Shown here: positions 14,089-29,224 of the stretch, piece by piece
How positions within the stretch are numbered: position 1 is the first letter of the stretch
Layout: the number at the start of each line of letters is the position of its first letter
From: Calcarisporiella thermophila CBS 279.70
Taxonomy: Eukaryota; Fungi; Calcarisporiellomycota
Assembly (NCBI RefSeq): GCF_041956535.1
Contig: NW_027192201.1
Span: 486,206-550,205 of the forward strand
Length of the DNA: 64,000 bases
Direction of reading: 5' to 3'
Position numbers and translations under genes: made by a program
Notes under the pieces: model-generated
The model's input: the letters and a program-made list of their open reading frames with translations, nothing else
Database searches by the model: none
Told to the model about the DNA's origin: nothing

Positions 14089-14578
14089 TGAACACTAGCG
14101 CGGCAATGTGAAAATAATGGTTTATCACGGCAAAACTGCAAACTTCGGGTGAAATATCTAAAGTAAAAGCGGAATAGATCGAATGGATTAGGAACTCCTT
14201 CAAAATAAAAACACAACAACAAAAAACACAATAGACTCTCTGCACGGTCGACGAAGAGCAAAAATAGATTACCTTCAAGATACCAATAAAATAGAATGAA
14301 TTTTTATATAAAGAGTTACTATAGGATGAAAATGAGGCCAAGGGTCAACAGCCGAGCGATCATCTATGATATAGATGATCTTGATCTTTCCATTAAATCA
14401 GTTTGAGAAGTATGATCTTTGTAAAACAGGAGGCAGAGAGGGTATTGTCTACGTCACTGCATTTTGTGACTTGACTAATTTTGAGCAGGTATGAAATTCA
14501 CCATTGTTTGATAGCATTACTACGGTAGACAAATCAATACATCGATTATAAATTGGTACACGTTGTATAGATAAAGCC

Positions 14579-16084
<1,506 letters not shown>

Positions 16085-17224
16085 TTAGCAGAAAATGAGA
16101 GGAGAGGGAGGGAGAAAGGGGGGGAGAAGAAGAGGGGGAGAGTAGGGGGATAGGAGGAGATGGAAGTAGAGGTCGTGGTAAGAGGGGAAGAGAGTTGGGA
16201 GAAGAAAGGCGACAAGGGAGAATGACCTTTATAAACTGGTTCTGCCGGGAAAAAAAAAAAAGAGAGTTGAGAGCGGGGCTACAGGAGGACGACTTATGAA
16301 AGATAGAAGGCGTGTTACTTGATCTCAAGCCGGTTCCCCCTAGAAGACATAGCGTAATTGAGAAAGGTCATGAGTGTGCCCAATTTGTTTGTCCAACCTT
16401 AAAAGCGTGAACCTTCGCTATCCCTTTAACCTTAAATCCACTGTGCCACCAGGAATCGAGGGGGCGATATTGGCGCAGATCCACTCGGCCGCCATTATAT
16501 AATTTTGTCACGCCTTGGAGCTGAATGAGAGAGAACGTCAATCTCCAGGAAGTGGTACCGCCGGCGGCCCGCTTTGTCAGCAATCTATGGGGCCTGGCGT
16601 ATATCTCTGCCGCGAGGCCGCGCAAAGCCAAAGATATCTGCAGGTGAGCAGTAGCACGGCTCGAGTAAAATATCAGCCCTGCCCGATGGCAGCCACTCCT
16701 GATCGCGTCTATCAACCTAACTTTTAGCTGATGCTTCTTCCTTGAGCACATGGCAGCCTGCTTATTGCGGTGTATATCCGAGGCATTTCAAGCATTGCTT
16801 GGATCTCCCCGACAAGCTCGCAAAAGCAATGTAGGTTATATATGGTAAGCCGGATCTAGGGAACTTTTTTTTTCTCGGCGGTACTTTCTGCACACACCCC
16901 CTCCCCCCTTCAGGAACCCTCCTTCTCCTTGCGCGCATCTTCCTCTTGCAGAGCTTATCTTAAACTCAAGGGAAAAAAAATGGGTTGGACTCGAATCTTC
17001 CGTGCCATCAGCCAAGTTTCAGAATTCACATAAAAGTGCGGGTTTCAGAGGGTTGTAAGATGTTAGCCAGCCTTCGATTTTATTCTCAAAAGCGTACAAA
17101 AACCGTTGAAATAGACACCCCCTGGATTGTACTTTTGGTTTTAGCGTATAATTCAAGGGTGAAGGAAAGCATTCGCCTCCACAACACGCACTCTGCTTTT
17201 TTTTCCGTTTGACTCTCGTGGGGC

Positions 17225-17686
17225 ATGACGTTTTTCAACAAAATAATGGACAAATCTCGCCCACACCATCATTCAGTTTCGGGTGCAGAACTTCCATCGT
17301 CACCAACTATTCCTGTTTCTCCTCAGCCCACGGAACAGTCCCTTCAACACCAACACCAGCAACCGGTGTCTTATCACCAGAATATACAGCAGACCATCCC
17401 ATCTGCTGAAAACCACAGCTCCAACGGTAATCATTGCGTCCTTTGATATTTTTTCCGCTGCGACTCCCCTCCCCCCTTTTTTTAATTCCTCCGAGGGCGA
17501 AAGGGTTCCCCGAACTCTATCCTATTTTTTTTTCTTTATTCGGTCTCACTTCGATCGCACCGAGAGATTCCTTGGAATTCATTTTATTAACGATTCTTTT
17601 AATCTTATTTTTCTGGATCCAGCATCCATGCACAGTTTTTCACATGCCGCCGGTCCGGCATCGAGTCAACCGCAGCACCAACAACA

Positions 17687-17726
<40 letters not shown>

Positions 17727-19288
17727 CAACTTCCACTTCCACAACAACCCCAGCCATCACAATCACAAAATCAACCACCCATGAATAAGCCCGCCTTCTT
17801 ATCCAATTTTATTCAGGCGTACGGCGGGAGGCCTCAGAGGCAAGAGGATGTCCAGATGCAATATAACTCGAAACCGGAATCGACCCCGACACAAGCATCG
17901 GCTGCGGCAGCAACTCCTCCGCACCAATCCTCACAGCCTCAACAAGTGCGACCGAGTTTCCTAAATCTACCGCCCAAGTACCAGGTGCAGGGCAAGCTCT
18001 CTTTAGTAGATTTCACGCTATTGCGGACGTTGGGAACAGGGTCTTTTGGGCGCGTGATGCTGGTAATGAATGCGCTCCCTCATTAGGAAAACGATCCCTC
18101 GTTTGACCCGGAACGTTTGCCTTTTTTTTTCTTTTGATCCCCAAAAATGTAGTGCCAGTCCAAGCACAACCATAGACACTATGCCATGAAAGTGTTGAAG
18201 AAGTCGGAGGTTATCAGACTAAAGCAGGTCGAGCATACAAACAATGAAAAGCATATCCTCGAGCGCGTATCACATCCCTTCCTCGTCAACCTCTGGGGAA
18301 CGTTCCAGGACGACGTGCACCTATTCATGGTGATGGATTACGTGCCGGGTGGCGAGCTATTCAGCATCCTGCGAAAGTCAAAGGTGAGCCTGAACGATAG
18401 GGGCTGCGTTGAAGGGTTTGCTAATCCCCTACTGCATTTTTTCTTTTTTGCTTCCCACTTGCCAAACCAATAGCGCTTCCCGAATCATGTGGCCAAGTTT
18501 TATGCAGCAGAAGTGCTGCTAGCATTGGAGTATTTGCACTCTCTAGATATTATTTATCGGGACCTGTAGGTTGACCCCCTACGCTTCGTTCTGTTCCCCT
18601 CCGTATTGATCCCTGTCGCTTTACTAGGAAACCGGAAAATTTGCTTCTGGACGCGCATGGCCATATCAAGATCACGGATTTTGGATTCGCGAAATATGTA
18701 CCTGACCGGTGAGTCCCCTTGATGCCTCGCCCTCTTCCCCTAAACCTCATGCTCATGCATTTTTTCCTCCTCCTCCTTCTTCTTGACACCTTTGGCAATA
18801 GAACTTGGACGCTCTGTGGCACGCCCGACTACCTGGCTCCTGAGATCATCCAGAGCAAAGGTTACAGCAAGGCTGTCGACTGGTACAGCTTGGGGGTGCT
18901 TATTTTTGAGATGCTTGCGGGGTGTCCGCCCTTCTACGACGAGGATCACATCAAGCTGTACGAGAAAATCCTTGCGGGCAAGATCCGATGGCCGAGCTAC
19001 TTCGACCCGCTTGCCAAGGATCTCCTCAAGCGCCTGCTCACCTCGGACTTGAGCAAGCGCCTGGGCAACCTCAAGGGGGGGTCGGAGGACATCAAGAAGC
19101 ACCGGTGGTTTGAAGGCGTCGACTGGAACCGCCTCCTGCGCCGGGAAATCATGGCTCCCTATGTGCCCAACATCAAAAACGAGGGCGACGCAAGCCACTT
19201 CGACCGCTATCCGGAGGAGACCGACCCCTATGGCCGCCCGCTGGGTCCCGACGGGGTCACGTACCGCGACTTGTTCCCCGATTTCTAA
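17225..19288 (+). CDS. cAMP-dependent protein kinase catalytic subunit (PKA-C) with Q/P-rich N-terminal extension, multi-exon
   Basis: [52 protein letters not shown]-tail ending FPDF*. Confidence 0.95.
17679..17729 (+). repeat. CAG/CAA trinucleotide repeat encoding Q17 in the PKA N-terminus
   Basis: caacaacagcaacagcagcag...cagcaacagcaa in frame in exon 2. Confidence 0.9.
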
Positions 19289-20004
19289 CATGCTCAGCCG
19301 TATTGTGTCTTTTTTTTTTCACCCTCTTCTTCTCTTTGTTCTCATATATTTCTTGTGTTTATTTTTTTTTCGATTTTCTCTTCCATTCTTCTTTCTCCTG
19401 TTTTTTAACTCTTTTTATTTTCTTTTTATTTTGTCCCATGGAAAAACAAAATCGGCAGTCAATGGAGGCGGGATTAATATCGATTTTATTAATAAAATGG
19501 TGGTGGCTATTAGTTAAGGATCAACCTCCGAGTGGCCACAAGGGCCCGAATGGATATAGGCCGGCCACCTCCGCCGCTCCCTCTGGTTTTAACGCAGAGC
19601 CTAGCTGCCTTTAGTTTTTCGGATCTTTCGTCGAGCAGGCCGGCGGATGGGCCACCTGGTCCCCCGGACCTTCACTAGCAGGATAGAGAGGAGGGTGGGG
19701 AGAGGGAGGATGAAAAGGAATAAATTGGGTGAATTATGTTTTCCCGGAAAAACAAACTCACAACAGTATTGGAGGCAGTAGACAATAGACAATAGACAAT
19801 AGCAGGCTAACATGAAGAGGCAAAGAGAAAAAAAATAAAGATATTATCAGGGGAAGAAAAAGACTAAGGAAAAAACAGAAAAAATAAATAAACACCAAAA
19901 CATATCTAGATTAATACTATTAACAGCGATAACAATAGAAGAATGCAATGCCATAGAGAACACATTGAAAAAGGAAGTGTGAAATTTTGCTTGGGGGTGA
20001 AAAT

Positions 20005-21270
20005 CTAACCTTCCTTCTCCTTGCCCTCGGCCTCCACCGCGGCCGAGAGCATAAGCAAGCCACCCGCGCTATCCTCCTCCGCAGGGGAGATGTTAGCGGA
20101 GGAACCCTCATTGGAAGAGGCGGCGGATATGTGCCCATTCTCCCTCTCCCTCTCCTTCTCCCTCTCCTTCTCCTTCTCTCTCTCCGTCTCCGCCATCTTC
20201 TCCTCCTGGCTTTTCAGCTGCTCCCTCCTCTCCTTCTCCTCCTTCTCCCGCTCCGCCTCTAGCTCGCGCTGGCGTTTGAGGGTGGCTGCGCTCGCGTTCA
20301 CGTACTTCTCGTCCACGACGCTCTGTAGATAGCGGATGTATGCGATGGCCGACTCCAGAATTCTAACACAAAACGAAACAGCAGGTTAGATCACCGGCCT
20401 CTCTGCACAACTGCGAAAAGAGGGGACAACTTACGAGAGCTTGTGCAGGTGGTCCTGATCGGCACACGTGGGGATGAGCTGCTTCAGCTGCATGATCTTG
20501 TCGTTGATGCGCTCGCGCCGCCTGCGCTCGATGGCGCTGTGCGAGACCTTCCTGGCCATCTCGCGCTGGTCCGCCGTCGAGGGATTCGTGGAGTAGAGCT
20601 GGGGCGAGCCGTAGACTACTTGGACGGGCTGCACGTGGTGCGGCGGCAGGTGGGTTGGATTCACCACGATGAGGTGGTGCGGCGACGGGAGGGTGGCGGG
20701 ATGGATGGGGTGGAGCCCGCCGCTCGACACGGAGGGGGACGAGGCATTGGAGCTGGAGGGGTTGGAGGACGCGGGGGCGGGGAGACTCGAGAGAGTCTTG
20801 GGCAGGATGCGCTCATATCGAGTGCTGTTGGGGGGGCCGCTGGCCACCGTGGTCGAGGGCCCGAGGGCGGGTGAGGGTAGCGACACGAACGGGGGCGGCT
20901 GCGAGTAAGGCGCGGGAGCATAGGCCACGGGGCTGGTGTATGTGTAGGGCGGCCAGTGCGCGGACTCGTTCCCGCTGGGATGGCCGGATGATTTTGCGAA
21001 CAGCGACGGCGTCAGAGGGGGGGTTGCTGCGGGGGGCTCGAGGGGGGTGATGGATTGCTTGCGGCCTGCGCCCAGCTGCGGCGGCTGGCGGTCGGGCTTG
21101 TCGTCGCCATTGAGGGCCGGATGGTCGCGGGGATGGGCGGCGGGGGCCGGTGGGGGCGGGGCCGGGACGATGTGCCTGAAGCTTGGAGAGGGCTGCCTTG
21201 GAGCCGGCTGGGTGTCGTCGGGCCCGCGCGGCGGCTTGTGGATGGGGTCGGAGCGCTTTCTCTTCCTCAT
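20005..21270 (-). CDS. bHLH transcription factor (E-box binding) with Pro-rich N-terminus and E/K/R coiled tail, 2 exons
   Basis: RKVSHSAIERRRRERINDKIMQLKQLIP...LHKLS|ILESAIAYIRYLQ. Intron ~20434-20364. Confidence 0.9.
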
Positions 21271-23492
21271 CGCAGGAAAGGGATCAGGACAAGGCACAGG
21301 GGCGGGGAAGACCAGGGGCGCAAGCGAGACGGATGAGCGGGAGCATGCGTCTCTTGGAGAAAAGCATTGAGCTAAAGGAGTGCAAAAATTCAATAAAAAA
21401 CAGAGTTTGGTAATGAACCGGAGGTGGGCCAATGGCAGGCCAGACGATGTCACGTTGCCGAATTGAATGGGTTGAGAGCCGATTCTCCACGCCCTCAATC
21501 CAATGCTGTGCTCTGGGCCAGCCAACCCCTCCCGCCCTCCGCCGAATCGATAGGCCGCGCTTTTCATCTAACCTTTTGCTTTTGGTTCTGGCGGCTCGCC
21601 GGCCCTGGCCCACGGCCTCCCGCTTTCTCTTGTCCTACGCCGGGCTCCCCGGAGTTCGAATTGCGCGCAACGCACGTTCACCGCATGCCGTGTCGACGTG
21701 GCCCGAGAGGAGCTCCCTTATGGCACAAAACTCTGACCAGCTTTCGCCGCGAGGTCTCCTGCGGCCTTGTGCAGCCGTCCGCTTGACGGCCACCAGGCCC
21801 CGAGCCCACGGCCCAACGAGCCGGGCGGGGTCTACCGCCCGCACAAAACGGAGCCCCTGCTAACGAACGTGCGGGCTCGGCGAGGAAGCCGGTGGAGAAG
21901 CGGCCGTGGTATGTTCCCCAGCGCCCTGGCTTCCACTGCTTGGGTCGAAGCCTAGACCCCAACTCTGACAAAAAAGCCTCTGCAGCTTGGATCCGCAAGC
22001 CCACCTGCTGCTCTCGGCCGCTCCCGACTGACTGTTTGCATCGCGGCCAAGCCAGAGAGCTGTCGCCACAGCATTGGTTGAAGAAGGTAGCCCACTCTTT
22101 CAGTGGATCGGTTGACTAGGGCGTGTATCTGCTAAATGCGCACCGGTGGAATGCCCAACGCATGCGGTAGAGCTTGGCCCGATAGAGAGAAGCCGAGCAA
22201 TGGGCTCAGAAATCGCATGAAGGCTGGAGTCCAATGCGCAGAAATGCTTAGGTGCATCCCAGGGTTGACCTCCATATCGAGCCAAGTGCTTGGCTTTCGC
22301 TTTAAGGCGCCCTGAAGAGAGGAGCCTCCTGATCCCTAAGGCTCGCCTCGCCTCACATGATGGGGCATCGACCGCAGTAGAGCGGCGGCTCCAAGGGCCG
22401 CTGAGGGAAATGGCTCTCGTTTGGAGCGGCGGCGGATCCATTGCGGTTTCGCAGTCGAGCCTCTGCTCCACCGTTCAGATAGCCGGCCGTTGGGGAAAGC
22501 TTGCCTATCTCGGCCCGACGCTGTTGCATAGGGAGCTCCATTGGGCGGAAGATCCTATCGCCGACCTTGGTTCAGGATACGTGCGCAATCGCCATCATCA
22601 ATTGGCGGGGCAGACAAACGCGCCAATGAACACGCACTTGCTCCTTTGACGGAACCTCAGAGTTTCCGGATTTTCCCCCGCATTTGATTATCAACGGCGG
22701 TTGGACAAATAGAGTTGCCCGCAAGAGCTTCCTATTAGGAACATTTCCAAGCGGAGTTCTCGAATCAGCTACTTGTGCCGTGTTCTTGAGAATGGCGACA
22801 TGCTGTGCTTCCCATTCAGCTGAGAATTGGCAGGGCGATACGGTCAGAATAAGGCTCCAGTCGAACCATGGGCCTCTTCAATCGGCTCTCCATCCAGATA
22901 GAATGGCGCCAAGGACGCCCGCTCTACCGCTTCTCTTCAAAGCTCCCCCTTGGACTCTCCAATAGCTAGAGCAGGGCTGTCACCTGTGAATGAGTGGGGA
23001 GTGGCTTGAACTTAGATCAGAACAAACTTCCCCTCCTCCCAAACTGAAGCTCGCAGAAGGCATCCTCTTCATCTCGAGACAGCCCATCCATATGAACAGC
23101 CTGGTCCCTTCCAATGACACTTTTAAGCAAGAGCCCTCTAAAGGATTTCGCAGGCACAAAAGGGAAAATATACTTGGTATTATTTACCGCTCGGAAAGAT
23201 TTGGGATGGAACAGTCGGTATGGAACCAAAAAAAAAGAGTGTGTGTAAAAGAAAGGGTAGACGTGAGTGTATGAAAAATACGATGGAAATAGCCACAGAA
23301 TATATAGAACCAAACAAAACAGAATGGAGAGAGGAAAAAACCCAAGGTTGCACCAGAGATAGAGGTTCACGTAGTGTATAGATACCGAGTAGAAAGGAGG
23401 AAAGCAAGAAGAATATATATAAAAGGCTATATAGAGAGAGGCCACAACCTCGTGGAAGAAAGGTGAAAGAAGCAGAGGTGGATGGGCCCGTG

Positions 23493-26400
23493 CTACTTTA
23501 CACCTTTCTCCATGGAATACACCGTGGGGAACATCGTTAGCCCTGGGATGGGCTGGTTGAAACGGATCGGGTGCAATTTGCGGAGGACGAGGATGCGAAG
23601 CACCGTGTACAGGATGATCACCCCGCCGAACCCCACCGGGATGAGCCAGAACAGCGGCAAAAGCCGATACGAGGTGCCGAAGGGAATGTTGACGGGCGGA
23701 ACGTAGACAATGAGGAGGCCGAGAAGGACCCCGCACAGCATGCCAAGGAAGTTGAACCGGTTGGAGAACATGTGCTTGCCAAAGGGAAGGCGCGTCCGGG
23801 CCTTGACCGCAAACAGGTTGAACAGCTGCATGATCATGACGCCGAGATAGACGATCGACTGCGCCTGGGCAAGCGCATCCTTTTGGTCGGCGGCCACCAG
23901 CGTCCTTCCGAGCGAGGTGGTAAAGTTGGGGGAGCTGTCGGTGAAGTAGATGTTTCGCCGGGCCATCTCCCGAGCATCGGAGGGGGTGATGCCGTTGTGG
24001 TAGAGGACGACAAAGTAGCTGTACAAAGGAGAGAGAGAGAGAGAGAAAATTAGTGGAGGGAAAAAGGGATACGGAAAGCATTAGCACGCATGGCCACTTC
24101 GCAATAGCTCTGCTCATGTCAAACCACTTACGCTAACAGGCTTCCCACGGTCTCGATGAGCCCAATCTCAACGTACGCCCACATGAGCGTGTCAAAGTCC
24201 ACCAGGACCTCCGCGTCCGTGCGCTCGAACCTCTCCCGCCAGTACTGGGCCGTGAACGTGCGCCGGAGCCGGTGCCACGCGCGTCGGCCCCAACTTGCGC
24301 GCACCAGCTCCCCGGACACCGCGTCGTACTGCGTCAGGGTGCGGTGGAGTGCGAGGCGCCGGATCCGCTCGATCGACTTGGGCGTGACGGGCTTGCGCGG
24401 GGGAAGGGCCATCAGGCTGCTGTCGGACTCGGGCTTGTCCCAGGCGTAGGAGAGCGCGACGAACAGCTCGAATCCAAGATCGATCACGAGGATCTGGATG
24501 GCCAGGAGCGGCAGCGGGATCGGGACGATCACGTAGAGCAGCTGGGGGATCAGCTCCGGGGTGATGTGCGACATGGTGTACCGGATCGACTTCTTCAGGT
24601 TGGTGAAGATCAGCCGGCCCTCCTCGATCCCGTGCACCGTCGACGCAAAGTTGTCGTCCAGCAGGATCATGGCGGACGCCTCCTTCGACACGTCGCTGCC
24701 CGACTTGTTCATCGAGATGCCCAGGTCCGCCTTCTTGAGCGCGGGCGAGTCGTTGACGCCGTCGCCCGTGACCCCGACGATGTGGCCCATCGCCTGGGCG
24801 CGCTTGACAATCTCGAGCTTGTGCCGCGGCGATGTGCGCGCAAAGATGATCTCGTTCTTCGAGAAGATGTGGTCCCACTGCACGTCCGTCAACGCCTCGA
24901 TCTGCTCCCCGTGCACGACAATGGCCTGGTACTCGTTCTCGCCCACATCCTCCACCTCCCGCCCCGTCCGCCTCGCCACCATCTCGCGCGTGTCCCCCAC
25001 CACCAGGTTGATCTTGCGCCCGATCGCCTCCGCCGTCAGCGGGTGGTCGCCCGTCACCATGATGACTTTGATGCCCGCCGACCGGCACCGCCCAATCGCC
25101 TCGCGCACCCCGTGCTTGGGCGGGTCCTCGAGCGAGACCAGCCCCACGAACGTGAGCCCCGAGCTCGGGTAGTCGCCGTCCTCCCGGCGGAACGCGTACT
25201 CGGCCGGGTACTGGTCCCGCGGCAGCGCCAGCTGGGCAAACGCAAGCACGCGGTGGCCCTTGCCGGCCATCAGCTCGTAGCTCTTCTGGAACTCCGCCCG
25301 GTGGTCCTCCGTCAGGGGGACGGCGCCACTGCCCGTCAGAAGGGTGCTGCACAGCCGGAGGACCCGCTCGGGGGCCCCCTTCATGAACAGGGTGAGGTCG
25401 CCCGAGGGGTGGGCGATCCGGTGGATGGTCAGGTGCCACTTCGTGTCCGAGTTGAAGGGGATCTCGAACACCTTGGGGAAGCGCTCGCCGATCGACTCAA
25501 ACAGCGGGAGCCGCTCCGCCGCGTACCGCAGCAGCCCGGCCTCCGTGGCGTCCCCGAGCACCGCTCGCTCGTTCACGGGCACGTCCACCCGGTCGAACTT
25601 GGCCCGTGTGCACAGCGCCGAGATGTGCAGGATCTCGCCCACCCCGGGCTTGTCGGGGGTGGCGAGATCGTACTGCTCCAGGCTGGTGGCCGAGGAGGAG
25701 TAGGTGTGCAGGCCGGTCCACAGGTTGGTCACCGTCATGCGGTTGCGCGTCAGCGTGCCCGTCTTGTCCGTCGCCAAGAGGGTGATGGCCCCCAGCGTCT
25801 CCACCCCCTGCAAGTCCTTGACGAGCACGTTCCGGGCCGCCATGCGCTTGGCGGCAATCGTCAGCAGCATGGTCACCGTGGCGGGCAAACCCTGGGGAAC
25901 CCACGCGACTAGGATGCCAATGGCGAAGGTGAGGGTGAGGGCGACATTCCCGTTGTTGATGTTGTATCCGACCCCGAAGAAGATGACGGCCGTGATGATG
26001 GCGAGCGTGGCAATGAGCTTGACAAAGCTGGCGATCTCGTGGGCCAGCGGAGACTCGCGCTTCTCCTCGCTCGCCGTTAGCCCGGCAATTTGCCCCAGGA
26101 CGGTGTGGTCTCCGGTGCGCACCACGATGCCGTAGCCCTCTCCCGCCACGGCAAGCGTGCCGTTGAACAAAAGGTTGGTGGCCTCGAGGGGGTTGTTGTT
26201 GTCATTGAGCACCGCGCGGGATTGGGGCTCGGATTCCCCCGTGAGGGACGAGTTGTCCACCTTCAGCTCTGCCGAGGAGAAGAGAAAGATGTCGGCGGGG
26301 ATCTTGTCGCCCATGCGTACAAACACCACGTCGCCGGGTACAAGCTCGGCCGCGGGAATTTCGCGGAGAGCCCCGTCGCGCACACACCGGCAGCTCTGCG

Positions 26401-27240
26401 GGATCATGGTGAGGAAGGATTCGAGGATGGCTTGCGATTTTTGCAGCTGGTAGAATTCTATCAAGGCATTGATAAAGGCCATCACGATAAGAATGGCTCC
26501 CATATAGGACTATGAAAAGAGAAAAGTAAAAATAAGCTTTAAACCGCGGTGAATGTCAAGGGAGCACGAATTTGGCTCCAATAGGAAATATGAAATCACG
26601 GATTCATATGAAAAAAGCTAGCGGCCAGCGCGTGGAGAGAGAGAAGACACCTACATTGGAAAAATTGGCGACCGGGTCCACGGCCAGCGTAATGTACACC
26701 ATAATGCCGGCTGCGATCATAAGCACGTTGAAGAGGGAGCCCAACACATGAAGGAATCTCACAAAGGGATGCGTCCGTTTAGGTGGGGAGAGCACATTCG
26801 GCCCGTATTGCTCAAGAGCCTGTTTGACATTAGCATCGCTGAGGCCCCTCGAGTGCGAAGGACTCTCCAGATCGATTTCGGTCCGGTACTTCGCCGCGCA
26901 TTGCTGTGGCGTGAGAAGATGTTCGTCCTATTCCACATCAGTAGACTTAGAGGCGCTTATAGCCGAAGGAAATGGGGGGCAATGTTATAATGCAGCTTAC
27001 TATATCCACATGCTTCTTATCCTTGGCCTCCTTCTGGGGATTCTTCCACCCGCGCATTTCCGCCCGCATCACGGCATGCTCTTCGGGCGTCGACTGGGGC
27101 ACCAGCGATTCATGCCGTAGGCCGAGCGGCTGCAGGTTCTGAGAGCGAAATGTAACCTTGTTCTCTTCCTCCCCCTGGTAATCCTTTTCCCCATCTCCCT
27201 CATTCGGGTGATGTTGAGACGTGTCACTCTTCTTGCCCAT
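23493..27240 (-). CDS. P-type IIC (Na+/K+- or H+/K+-ATPase alpha-like) cation pump, multi-exon
   Basis: GPNVLSPPK, KVDNSSLTGESEPQ, phosphorylation site DKTGTLT, EIPFNS, KGAPERVL, VIMVTGDHPLTA, VTGDGVNDSPALKKADLG, LLDDNFAS, NLKKSIRYT. Confidence 0.93.
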
Positions 27241-28003
27241 AGAGGGTTCGGCGGAAAAACAGGAAATGATGGAGTCGGTAATAAATAATGCTGGCTACAG
27301 GTGAATAATGAAGGAGTATAGAAATAAATAGAGCGGGGAGGGATGAAAGGCAAGCGCCAATATGACGATGGGGATTCTTAATCCATATGTTTAGAGTGTG
27401 TTTGAGGATTATATAGCATTCCTATCTCCACGCGAGGTGGCGGCGGGAATTTTTCGGGTGTGAAGATCATGGTGAGGCGAATGTATGTCTGGGCAAACGT
27501 TTCATTTGTTTTTTCAGAGTTTGGACCATTCTGGGGGTGGCGGCCAGGTTTAGTTTGTTTTTGCAACCCATTTTGCTGTTATCAGTTTAGCTGTTTTGTT
27601 ATCGAATATTCCTTGGCTTGTTCTCAATGGTTCCTAGGATGCATAGTTACATCTGGTCGCACTTCAGATCCATGAAAGGCCTCGACAATAAGACTTCCCT
27701 CCAATACAGTGTCTCCTCTTCCCTCTAGGAAACTCTATTCCGTCATTGACAGATGCGTTCGCTAGCGATGTCCCCTGCTCAGCAAGCCTATGCGGTTAGC
27801 ATTGTTTTTTTTCGCATGGAGTTGCCATCGAAGAGAAAATCTGCGCCACGCTCTCATGCTAACATCCACGTGATAAGTTACTACGTAATACCTCCATTAC
27901 TAATAGATGCAGCGGTAACTTTGCATTCTCGGGGGCCGAAGTAAAAAAGAGTCTTGCTTCAGGAAAAGCAAAGATAAAGCAGCTCCACTACTCGTTATAG
28001 ACT

Positions 28004-29224
28004 ATGAAAGCAGTCCTCGTCAAAGCACCCGGTACGTCATAGTACGTCCACGCCATGACAATTGGATGGTTAACTTGACTATTTGTTTACAACCAGGTGA
28101 CGCATCGCAACTTTACATTGGGGATGCTCCCACGCCCTTGGTGGGCGACCACGAAGTCCTTGTCAAGATTCAATCTTTCGGGCTCAATAGGTATAGTTGC
28201 ATTAAAAAAAAAGGGAGGGGGGGAGGGAAGAGGAACGCGGATTTATAACCCATTTATAAACCACAGAATGGACATATTACAACGCGAAGGAAGATATCCG
28301 CCACCGCCCGGTGTCACCGAGGCAAGCAATATTAGCTTGATAAAAATACGTGGCGACATTTTCTTTTAACGCTTTCTCTTTTTTTTTCATTTTAATGGGG
28401 GCCCTGTACCGTAGATTCTTGGAGTGGAGATGGCCGGTGTCATTGAAAAAGTTGGCCCCAAGGTCACGTTGCACGCCGTTGGAGACCATGTCTGCGGGCT
28501 CATGAAAGGCGGCGCCTACGCCGAGTACTGTGTCATTCATGAGGAGTTGGCATTTGCCATTCCGGAGGGATTCACGCCCCAACAGGCAGCTGCCATCCCA
28601 GAAGTTTGGATTACTGCCTACCAAGCATTGCATAAAGTAGGAGAACTGAAGGCGAACCAGGATGTCCTAATTCATGCCGGTGCAAGCGGTGTGGGGCTTG
28701 CTGCCATCCAGCTGGCCAAACTCGCAGGGGCGCGGAACATTTGCGTGACGGCAGGCTCGGACGAAAAACTGCGGACCTGTAAGGAAATGGGCGCCACCGT
28801 CACCATCAACTACCGTACGCAGCGGTGGCTTGATGTCGTGATGGAGCATACCCAGCAGCGTGGAGTCGATATGATTATCGATTTCGTGTGTGCTGATTAC
28901 TGGAACGATAACTTGCACGCCCTGGCGCGGGATGGGCATATGGTCATGCTCGCCACGCTCTCCGGCGGCAAAGTCACCGAAGGCAACCTCGCCCCGATCC
29001 TAGCCAAAAGACTCCGCATTCAAGGCTCTACGTTGCGCTCCCGATCGCTAGAGTACCAGATTGAGCTGGCCCGCGATGTGCGACGAGATTTGCTCCCTCT
29101 TTTAGCAAGTGGGGCCCTCCGCGTGGTGATTGACAAGGAGTACCCATGGAGCGAGATTGCAGAAGCCCATCGGAGGATGGAGAAGAACTTGAATGTAGGC
29201 AAGATAGTGGTGAATGTGGAGTGA
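28004..29224 (+). CDS. PIG3-like NADPH quinone oxidoreductase (MDR superfamily), 4 exons
   Basis: MKAVLVKAPG, GLNRMDILQREGRYPPPPGVTE|ILGVEMAG, AAAIPEVWITAYQAL, IHAGASGVG, GSTLRSRS, N.GKIV. Confidence 0.92.

Noticed and set aside
21271-23400. Many short ORFs in the 2-kb GC-rich region upstream of the bHLH gene
   Set aside because: No recognisable domains or consistent exon structure. Treated as promoter/UTR sequence.
24192-25912. Long overlapping ORFs (546 aa on plus, 415 aa alternate minus frame) over the ATPase
   Set aside because: Shadow ORFs produced by extreme GC3 bias of the real gene. R/G/P-rich with no motifs.
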